64,000 bases of DNA, taken from assembly GCF_009914755.1 (NCBI RefSeq), contig NC_060928.1; one strand, 5' to 3'. Within the stretch, counting starts at the first letter, position 1. The number at the start of each line of letters is the position of its first letter. The DNA is from the human T2T-CHM13v2.0 reference genome, Homo sapiens. This document shows, piece by piece, positions 51,240 through 64,000 of this stretch. The notes under the pieces were generated by a model. It was given only the letters and a program-made list of their open reading frames with translations. It did not search any database and was not told where the DNA came from. Both the position numbers and the translations under genes were made by a program.

Positions 51240-52797
<1,558 letters not shown>

Positions 52798-55077
52798 TAT
52801 GTTTGAAAATTTTTATCAGACGTTAGACACAGTTTAGTCATCTCGTTTTTTTTCTGTTAATTATTATATAACACATGTATATCAGGCAGTTACCATCCAA
52901 ACAAAAGCTACTGAGGTATTTTGCTGATAACTTAGAAGATAAATCTGTTTCTATTAAACCAACAATCTTTAACTCATCTAATTTCCTAAAGATTTATTTC
53001 AGTCAAATAAACTTTGAAAAGTATTTGGGCTTAATTATTTAATTCATACATGCTCATTTTATCTCTATGTCAATTTGGCACCATGTAGATAATATACAAA
53101 CTCATGTATAGAAATAAACATGCACACACAATATGCAACACACATAGACGTGTGCATCCAAAAGCCAAATACATTAGGTTGCTCAATACAAAAAAAGAGC
53201 AAAATTTCAGACCTGAGATGAGCCCATCCATGTCTCTTTGAGACTCTATAAGGAAGGCACAAATCCCCAGTAAAGAGGTCAGTGGCACATTTTTTTGTGT
53301 GCCTCTATAGGTCTCAGGGTCACTAGAAGTCTCCTTTAGATCACTTCATGTGATAACCGAAGATCCGATGTTTTCTCTCAGTAATTTTTTCGCCATTAAT
53401 CTTCAAATAAAAGAAGTAGGGGCTGACAAAGGTGGCAAAAAGAAGGAGAAGCAGAAGTAAATGGAAGAATGGGTCTTAAAGTAACCAGTTTCAGGAGATC
53501 TTAAGTTTCACAAAAAGGCCAATGAAGGTCTAGTTAGTAGAGGTTCAAGAAAAAGAAGTCCAGTTGACTGAAAAGTAGTTTAATGGGAGAAACAGGATTC
53601 AAAAGAGAAAAATCAGAGGCTTTACAAAATATTATAGCCTGGATTTTAGCTTTTAATTAAGCGACTTTTGACCATAGAACACTTAAAACATTTTATTATC
53701 AAGTTTTAGCCAAGCAAAGAGCAAACTTTTCCATTTACCAGTTTTTTTCCCCTGAAATTTGCACCTAGAAGGAGTTTTGGATGTTGGTAAGAATGGGTGG
53801 GCTTTGGAAGCAGCAGGTGTTCCCCTGGAACCAAGGGATTGGAGTGAGCTGTAAATGGGGCAGCATCTTTCCCACTGCCTGGGAGGAACCTGCTGCTGAC
53901 TTGCTCAGAGATTAGGCTCAGGGCAGAGGCAGGAGGCCTGTCTCTCTGGCCCAGTCTGTGGCTAGTCACAAGGGTCTCTCCTACCCACTCCTAAGAAAGA
54001 CCACATAAAAATCAAATGAACAAAGATGAGAAAGACAGGGCAAAAAGAGCTTCCAGAGTAAGATTTCTGTTTTTGTCTCAACTGGCTCCTTTGTTTCTGA
54101 GTACATAGTTCCATTTTTACCTCAGGAGAGAAGGCTAAACAAACAAACAAAAAAGTTTCTATCATGCTCTGAATATAAACCAAAGGAGTATATGAACAAT
54201 GACCTATAAATCAAAACAAATATTCACATACAAGACCAAAGCCCAGAAGCCCTTTGTGATTTTAGCCAGTCTCCAAAGAAGAACAAACTGAAGCCCTTCT
54301 AAGATCCAGACCTCAAGACAGCTTAAAGGAAGGAAAGTTTTAGTAGGCACAGATGGGGTACAACACACATTTCTATCCAGCCATATCCTCAGGGATTCCA
54401 TCCTTTGAGTTAGTCATGTGCATAGAGCTGCCTGACAACCAACGTGCCCCTAATCCATGAAAAACTAAGAGATGAAGAGTTGGTAAGACAAACAGGCAAA
54501 AGATTTTCATGGGAATGAAACAATTACTAGTCAAATGGGTACCCCAAAGACTCAAGAGTCATACAAATATAAATTCAAAAAGATTTTTACAAATAACTCC
54601 AATTAACTCTCATAAATGTTTCTCTCCTGAGCCAAACAAGTTTATGTCTCTAAGGTAATTGTTCCCTGACCAGGTATTGACCCTAGGCAAAAACGTTGAC
54701 CGTGCAAATCTTAATCACTGGACCACAGACTGAAACATCTTCTAGCAAATCTCACAGAAAATTCAAAACAAGCAATTGGAGCGTTCAAAAAAATTAAAAT
54801 TATTTTAAATCTGATTTTTGCTTTTCAATCTTGCTAATGAATTTTTTGAAGTAGATATTATATTTCTGTTGTAACTTTTTATAGATACATATCGGACAGC
54901 TATTTGAAAGAAAAATTTCTTTTAAAAGAAAAATTTAAAATATTTAAAATGTATATTTTATATAAATTAAATATTTAAAATTTAAAATATTTAAAAGAAA
55001 AATTTCTTTTAAATGCAGTCAATTTAGTCCAAAGGTGACTCAAGCCAATAAGCCTTTCTCATAGAAAAGCCTGAACA

Positions 55078-58000
55078 AATTACTGATATTGGTAATTTGT
55101 ATATTTTCACTTTTTGTTCTCAGTCTTGCTAGATGTTTGTCAATTTTATTAATCTTTTCAAATAATTAGTTCTTGGTTTTACTAAATTTTCTATGTTTTA
55201 ATATTTTCAAGCTCATTAATTTCTGCTTTTGTGTTTATTATTCTTTTCCATTGTTTACTTGGGTTTATTTTGTCCTTTTTAAGGCTCTTTTAGTTTTGTT
55301 TTTGCTTCTGGCTTTTGTTTGCCTGGTTTTGCTTAGTATGTTTTTGATGAAGGAGCCAGGGTTGTTTTAATTATTGATTTGAAACTGCTTTTTTTACCTA
55401 ATTTTTGAATTTGGTTCTATAAATATTCTTCTTAGCACTGCTTTAGCTGTGTCTAACATATTTTAATAAGCTTTATTTTCTTTCAATTAAATATCCTTTT
55501 TACAATTTTTCTTGAGACTACCTTTTGACTCATGGATTATTTACAAATACACTATTTAGCTTCCAGATGTTTGGAGACTTTCTGCAATAATTCTCTTATT
55601 GATTCCTAATTTAATTCCATTGTGGTAAGAAAACACCTTCTGTACAATTTCAGTTAGTTTAAATTTACAAGATTTATTTCATGGCCCTGGATACAACCTA
55701 CCATGGAATGTGGTTCGTAAGCACTTGAAAATGAGTGTATTTTGCTGTTGCTTCTTTAAAAATATTGAGTAAATACTGTTGGTTGATGGTATTGTTGAGT
55801 TCTTCTATATCCCTGCTAATTTCTGCCTAGTTTGTCTATAAATTTTTGAGAGAGGGGTGTTGAGGTCTCTAAGTATAATAATGAATGTCTGTTTTTTGTG
55901 TCAGTTCTGTCAGTTTCTGCCTCACACATTTTACCGCTCTGTTGTTTTGCTTGGTGTGTGTACATTTAAGATTACTGTCTTTTTTGTAGGCTTTAACTTT
56001 TATCAGTGCATAGATCCTACTGTCTTTCCAGTAATTTTTTATACGCTGAAGACTACTTTTTCTGTTATTAGTATAGCCACTTCTGATTTCCTTTGACTGT
56101 CTGAACGATACATCTGTTTTTTAAACAGTTGGACCATTTTGCCAATTTTTGTCTTTTAATTCGTGTAATTACATCATTTACATTTAATGTAATTATTAAT
56201 ATGTTAAGCCTGCAATTTTATTTTTAGTTGCTGTTTGTTCTTTCAGCTTCTTGTTTCTTTGTTTTCTTTTTCCTGCCTTTCTGATTCACTCGAAGTTTGT
56301 TAGAATTCTATTGAGATTTAGCAGAAGTGCTTTTTTTATATTAAAATATTATAGATAAATTATATAGAAAACTTTATGTAGCTATTGCAGTGGTTATTCT
56401 AGACATTACATTGTGTGTGTGTGTGTGTGTGTGTGCATGTATGTGCCTGTCTATGGTGTTCTATCACAGTCTACTGGTGACATTATTTTATTATTCAAAA
56501 AATCATAATAATTATATCTCTCTTTAGTTCTCTTTGACCTCCCCTAGTTATAATATAGTTGTCTTAAATATTTCCTCTGCATATATTTATAACCACATTA
56601 TAAACTGTTATAATTTTTGCTTCAACTACCAAAAAAATTAGAAAGCTTGAGAAGAAGGAATTGCTATTATGTTTTTCCATTTTTTCTTGCCTTATTATCT
56701 CCTCTTCCCTGATCTTAAAGGGTTTCTTATTTTTACAGTTTCTTAATGTTTAAAGAAACTTCCTCTAACCATTAATTTAGAATAGGTCTGAGACTAGACA
56801 CATTCATTTTTTTTTTTTTTCTCATTTTAGAATATCTTTACTTCCTCTTCATTCCTGAAGAATTTTTTTTTTTTTTTTGCTGGGTATAGATTTCTGGGTT
56901 GACAATTAGTTTCTTCCAACCTGTGATTCATCTGGCTTCCATCATTTTTTATGATAAACAGCTTTTACTCTAATTGCCATTTTTCTAAAGGTAATGTGTC
57001 ATTTTCCTGTGGCCACTCTCAAGATATTTTGCCCTTAGTTTTCAAAAGTTTAATTACAATGTATCATTGCATGGATTTCTTTTTTTTTTTTTCTGCTTTG
57101 TGTTCACTCATCTTTGATCTGTAGATTTAAGTCTTTTGAACAAATTTGGGAAGCTTTCAGTCATTATTTATTGGTATAGTTTTTCAGCCTTGTCCTCTTA
57201 TCTTCTTCTGGAACTCCAATGGCATGAAAGTTAGATCATTTATGATAGTCACACAGTTTCTCAGGATTACCTCATTTTTTTTTAGTCTACCTTTTCTTTG
57301 TTGTTCATATTGGGTAGCTTCTATTATTCTATCTTCCAGCCAACTGATTATTTTATCTGCCCTATCCATATTGCTACTAAGCTCCTCCACTGTACTTTTC
57401 ATTTTAAAAATTTTATTTTTCAGTTATAAACTTATTTTATAAGTTTTATTTCTTTATTGAGACTTTCTCTTTTCAATTTATTTTAAGAGTATTCATAATT
57501 ACTCATTAAAGCAGTTTTATGATAGCTGCTTTATAATCTTTGTCAGAAAATTTTAACATTTCTGTTATGTCAGTGTTGCCATCTTTGATTGTCTTTTTTT
57601 CATTCAGTTTGAGATCTTACTGCTTTTTGGTATGACAAACTATTTTTAACAGACACCTGGAAATTTTTGTGTTACAAAATTTTCAATCTTATTAAACCTT
57701 CTATTTTAGCTGGCTTTCTTTTATATAACTCTGATAAGGAAAGAGGAAGGCATCACCATAGAGGTAGAATTTCAACTTGGTACCCAGCCTTCATTGGCAT
57801 AGAAGTTAGGTAAGTTTCCTCATTACTCCTAGACAGAAGTAGGGGATTTGACTCCCATTTTGTCTCCACTGACAGCACTGGGGGTGCCCTTGTCACCACT
57901 GGGTGATGGTGAATGATCACACTCTACATTAGGTCTCCTTGACACCACCCAACTAGAGAATGAGAACATTATTGCCAGGCACAAGTAGAAGTCCAGGCTC

Positions 58001-58533
58001 CCACATGACATGCACTAACACGGTGAATGAGGAGCTCATTACTGGCCAGCAGGGATTGCAATCCTGGCTTTCTACATGACCTTCAACACCAGCCCAGCAG
58101 GGGCATTGGGATTTTGGTAATAGCCTTGAGTGAGTGGGTCCCTAGTCAGCCTTTGCTGGTAGGATGGGATGAGAGCTTTAGCTAAAATAGAGCAGCTTTT
58201 TTTTTCCAAAAATTTTTCATCTTCCTAGGCTGCCTGTTTCTAGTTCTTTGTCTAGGGCTTTAGTTGGAAATTTTGACATCTGTGCAAATTTGTGTTTTTA
58301 GTTTACTGGCTTCATTAGATCTAGGTCAGGATATATGAGGCAAAAGGAAAACCCAGGTAACTGATCACCATGTTATACTTTAGGTCCTAAGATTCTTGGC
58401 CAATCAGCCATCTTCTCTTGTATCTTTCAAAGATGTCTTATGTTTGTTTTACATATAATGTCCACTATTCTTAGTTGTATTTAGCATGATGATGAGGGAA
58501 GTATGTCTACTTCATCTTTTGGAAGCAGAAGTC
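55078..58533 (-). mobile_element. Old L1M 5' half (5'UTR, ORF1, fragments of ORF2)
   Basis: ORF 57184-57402 resembles the ORF1p coiled coil (LEDRIIEATQYEQQRKGRLKKNE); minus-strand start gacttctgcttcc...aagatgaagtag at ~58533. Confidence 0.8.
56412..56435. repeat. (TG)n microsatellite
   Basis: Directly visible. Confidence 0.95.
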
Positions 58534-58914
58534 AAATTAGAAAACTTTAAAACAATGATTGTACTTATAGTTCTTTATTTTTTAAATTGGTTTCTTTTTT
58601 TTCTGAAAACTCAATAGTCCAGTTCATGTGAAAGATTTCCCAGGAAATAACAGAATTACTAAAAGAATATTTGCTACTGTGATTATACAAATGAATGCAT
58701 TCAAAATGTGCTTAAAATATTATCATCTATTCAATCTCCAATTCCCAAAGACCCAGAAGATGAATAATGTATGTATGCTTTCAGTTAATACACAGGGGCA
58801 GTGCTTGAGCCAGACACATGTAGCACAATCTTGGGATAGAGGTTAAGACCAAGTAAAACATGGTAGTCACAGGTAGGCAGACAGACTTGGGAGGAGAACA
58901 GGCTTGCCAATAGT

Positions 58915-59115
58915 CTTTTAATTTCATTTAGTCTCACTTCATCTTTACAGTAGCCCTAGGAGTCAGGTACTATTATTGATTGCAATCTTATAGAAGGGGA
59001 AAGAGAAGCTTAAGAATTAAACAATTTTTCCAAGTTTTCAGAACTTATAAATAAAGGAGACATTGTTCAAAACTTGTGTGTCTGACTCTAATTAATGTCT
59101 AGACTCTTAACTATT
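58915..59115. mobile_element. MIR
   Basis: catctttacagtagccctaggagtcaggtactattatt...gtctgactcta. Confidence 0.65.
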
Positions 59116-59731
59116 AGAGATTAGAGATGCTCAGATACAGTGACTCTAGTATTAGTATTTCAGACTGGGGGATACAGCAATAATATTCAAGAATTATAAT
59201 GATCTCTAATATCAATTTTAAATGATTCTGCTAAGGGAGGGATTCAAAAAGTAGCTGTGGGTTTTCAACAGATGTACTGAGCCTCAATAAGTGAGATTCT
59301 AGCACAAATACAGTGCAGTTGTTTGCTGAGAAGCATGACAGCAGCATCAGAAAAATAGGCAAGGAGAGGAAAGCCTTAGTTTATGGACTAAGGTCAGAGT
59401 AAAAAATTCTGGACCTGTTTGAAAGAATGTAATGGAGATCTAAGAAGTGGTCATGGAACTCACAGGGAGAGGGGAAGCCTGCCCAAGTGACTGTAACATT
59501 GACTAATAATCAATAATCATGTTGATAATGATGACTACCAGTTAATGAGTGCCTGCCATATGCCAAGGACTAGGCTAGATACTTAAATTTATGTTTCAGT
59601 AATTGCAACATACTACAAAAGCTTAGGCTTGAATTAAGTGCACTGGGTTTCCTTTATCATAATGGAATACCCTAAAAGGATATACTTGAGATTACATCAT
59701 TCAGCATCAAAGGCCTTAGAGCCCTTATTAG

Positions 59732-60121
<390 letters not shown>

Positions 60122-60372
60122 TTTATTTTTATTTTTGGGGGGTACATAGTTGGTGTATATACTTACGGGGTACATAAAATATTTTGATATGGGCATGTAA
60201 TGCACAATAGTCACATCGTAGAAAATGTGGTATCCATCCCCTTAAGCATTTATCCTTTGTGTTACAAACAATCCAATTATACACTTTTAGTAATTTTTAA
60301 ATGTACAATGAAATTATTATTGACCATAATCACCCTGATGTGCTATCAAATACTAGGTCTTATTCATTCTTT

Positions 60373-60961
60373 TTTTTAAATTTCAAAATGTTTATTGAAC
60401 AGAAATGTAAACATAAGCCCTGACGAAAGCAACATGACAAACTTTATATGTAAAATATAATTTTACCCTAATTAATATATTTATTTTGTGTTCATGGTTT
60501 ACAAAATGACTGATCTTTCCCTTCTATCCCTTTGTACTTGTGTGTATCTAGCAGAAAAGTTCTTAGTCTGGCTATGGGCACACAGAAAGTTCCTACTGAT
60601 GATTATATTCAAATGTTTATTTACTTTCCCCAGAATAAACTAGGGGACTGGCACTGTCTGGATCCATTACAGGAAAGATATTCAGGAAGCTCTGATCATC
60701 TTGAGTTTCACGTTTATGAGCAAAAAATGGACGCAGCGGCTCCCTAACAGAAATTTTGTTGAATGTGTAGATATGGCACCCATCACTAACATCATAAAAA
60801 GAAATGAACCTCATACCTATATCCAGGAAAATCCCCACTCTGTGCAAGTGTGGACTCACCCAGAAAATAGTCAAAGGCATAGTGCTGGCAGCAAAGACCT
60901 TTACTTTGCTGGAACCCACAGTCCAGAAGCCGAGTTCTGAAGAAAGTACAATTCTTTATTA
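60373..60961 (-). pseudogene. RFPL4A: Processed, 5'-truncated retrocopy of an RFPL4A-like (ret finger protein-like, B30.2/SPRY) mRNA
   Basis: Frame IVLSSELGFWTVG...VFAASTMPLT...LHRVGIFLD...SDGCHIYTF...RPFFAHKR...QDDQS matches the recalled RFPL4A C-terminus; stop at 60617, 3'UTR, AATAAA (60391-60396), poly(A), 14-bp TSD cttattc(a/t)ttcttt. Confidence 0.88.
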
Positions 60962-61572
60962 CTTATTCTTTCTTTCTAACTATTTTTTGTACTCGTTAAC
61001 CATGCCCAGCTCACTCCCACCCCCATATACCCCCGCTACCCTTCCCAGCCTCTGGTAACCATCCTTTTATTCTCTGTGTCCATGGGTTCAATTGTTTTGA
61101 TTTTTAGGTCCCACAAATGAATGAGAGCATGTAGTCTGTCTTTTTGTGCTTGGCTTATTTCACCTAACATAATGACCTCCAGTTCCATTCATGTTGTTGC
61201 AAATTACAGAATCTCAATTTTTATGACTGAATAGTACTCTGTTGTATATATGTATCACATTTTCTTTATCCACTTAGATGTTGATGGACACTTAGGTTGC
61301 TTCCAAATCTTGGCTATTGTGAAGGGTGCTGAAACAAACATGAGAGTGCAGATATCTCTTTGATATGCTGATTTCCTTTATTTTGGGTATATAGCCAGCA
61401 GTGGGATTACTGGATTGTATGGTAGCTCTATTTTTAGGGTTTTTTGTTTTTTTTTGTTTTTTTGTTTTTTGGTACTAATTTACATTCCCACCAACAGTGT
61501 ACAAGCATTTCCTGTTCTACACATCCTCTCCAGCATTTGCTATTGTCTGTCTTTTGGATAAAAGCCATTTTA

Positions 61573-61881
<309 letters not shown>

Positions 61882-63817
61882 TTAGGTGGGGTAAAATGAT
61901 ATCCAATTGTAGTTTTGATTTGCATTTCTCTGATAATCAGATTATTAATGATGTTGAGCACCTTTTCATATGTCTGTTTGCCATTTGTATGTCTTTGAGA
62001 AATGTCTATTCAAATCTTTTGCCCATTTTTTAAATCAGATTATTGGATTTTTTCCCTGTAGTTTAAGCTCCTTAATTATTCTGGTTATTAATCCCATGTC
62101 AGATGAGTAGCTTGCAAATTTTTTCTCCCATTCTGTGTCTTGTCTCTTCACTTTGTTGATTGATTCCTTTGCTGTGCAGAAGCTTTTTAACTTGATGAGA
62201 TCCCATTTGTCCATTTTTGCTTTGGTTTCCTGTTCTGGCAGGGTATTACTCAAGAAATTATTTCCTAGTTGAAAGTCCTGGAGAGTCTCCCCAATGTTTT
62301 CCTGTAGTGGTTTCATAATTTGAGGTCTTAGATTTAAACCTTTAATCCATTTTGATTTGATTTTTGTATATGGTGAAAGATAGGGGTCTAGTTTCATTCT
62401 TACGTATATAGATATCCAGTTTTCCAAGCACAATTTTTTAAAGAGGCTATCTTTTCCCCAGTGTATGTTCTTGGGAATGTATATTCCTCACCTGTTAGAT
62501 GAAAAGTTCTGTAAATATCTATCGAGTCCATTTGTTCTACAGTGCAGCTTAAGTCTGATGTGTCTCTGTTGAGTTTCTGTCTGGGAGATCTGTCCAGTGC
62601 TGAAAGTAGAGTGTTGAAGTCTCTAGCTTGTATTGCATTGAGGTCTATTGCTCTCTTTCGCTCTAATAATACTTGCTGTATATGTCTGGAAGCTCCAGTG
62701 TTAAGTGCATATATGTTTATAATTGTTATGTTCTCTTGCAGAATTCTCCACTTTATCATTATATAATGACCTTCTTGTCTCTTATTAGCCATTACCTGGT
62801 TAGCATCTATGTTCACTCAAGGCCCTAGTGCTCTACAATCAGCAGGTAGTGAAGCCAAGCAGGTTTGTGTCCTTTCATTAAGTACAGTGAGTTCTTCCAG
62901 GCTCTAGGCAGGTCCAGAAATGCTGTCTAGGAGCCAGGGATCGAAGCAAAAACTTTAGAAATTTACCTGATGTTCTATTCTCCCGTGACTAAGCTGGCGC
63001 TCAAACAGCAATATAAAGTCCTTCCCACTCCTCCTTCTCCTTTCCACAGGCAGAAGAGCCTCTCCCTGTGGTCACCACTACCACCGGCCCAAAGCGGGTT
63101 CTGCCAGGCCACCGCCCATATTCACTTAAAGCCCAAGGGCTCTTCAGTCAGCTTGTGGTGAATGCTACCAGGCCTAGGACTCACCCTTTTAGCCCAGGGC
63201 ATAAATGTTGTCCAAGAACTTAGGCCTAGACTTAGGGACCCCAAGAGCCTGCCTCTTGCTCTCCCCCACTGTGGCTGATCTGGTGCCCATGGTGCAAGAC
63301 AAAGTCATCTTTACTTTACCCTCTGCTTTTCTCAGACAGAAGGAGTCTTTCATCATAGCCACCATAGCTGGGAATGTGCTGGGTCACACCCAAAGAGAAC
63401 ATGTCTCAGAACACAAGCCCACGGTGTACTATTTGGGTATCACCACTGGTTATTCACGGTCCAAGGGCTTTTTAGTCAGCAGGTGATGAATCCTGCCAAA
63501 ACTGAGTCCTTCTCTTCAAGGTAGCAGGTTCCCTTTTGGCTCAGTGTGTGTCTAGAAATGTCATCTGGGAGCCAGATTTTGGAATGGGGGCCTCAGAAAA
63601 TGGGCATTTTATCCACCTCCTGTCCCAAGTTAGGATTGGTCCAGAACACAGGGTGCAGCTAAAGCTGCAATTGAACAGATCAGTGACCTATAAGGATTCG
63701 AAATAAAGAATTGAGGAATGAAGACTCTCACCTTCACTAGGGATACACAGATTGTTCCAAATCCACGAGGTGAAAATCATAAAAGAGAGTATCCCTGTAA
63801 TCCACCCACTTACCAAC

Positions 63818-63935
63818 CATTAATTCATCAATTGTTGACTGTCTGATCTATGCTTGGACTCAAGCTATGTCCTCAGGATACAGAAAAGAACAAAGCGAGC
63901 CTGATTTCTCCCTTTATTGAACTTACTAACACCAG
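63818..63935. mobile_element. L2 3' fragment
   Basis: attcatcaattgttgact...ggatacagaaaagaacaaagc. Confidence 0.45.
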
Positions 63936-64000
63936 AGCATGCATAACACTATTGATTGATTGGTTAATCTCAGAAAATACTTGATGTAGTGGATTGACTG

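Noticed and set aside
62400-62816. 138-aa ORF as a novel endonuclease
   Set aside because: Partial L1 endonuclease fragment with mutated motifs, fused out of frame at a deletion junction

Overview
Primate (catarrhine, human-like) AT-rich intergenic or deep-intronic DNA dominated by transposable-element fossils. I found no intact host protein-coding gene, RNA gene or prokaryotic-type system. Main items: (1) a full-length, two-LTR, env-less HERV-L provirus (MLT2A LTRs, tRNA-Leu PBS, decayed gag-pro-pol-dUTPase; 9279-15820, minus strand) inserted into an older L1MA; (2) a 5'-truncated processed retrocopy of an RFPL4A-like B30.2/SPRY gene (60373-60961), nested with two Alus inside an internally deleted L1 bounded by one TSD; (3) a solo HERV-H LTR7-family LTR with a 60-bp duplication across its junction; (4) many MaLR LTRs, Alus, L1/L2/MIR pieces, MER5A, MER82, MADE1 and a readable CR1/L3 fragment. 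Subfamily names come from recalled consensus sequences, not a database search, and boundaries of old elements are approximate. Most listed ORFs are repeat-derived or spurious.
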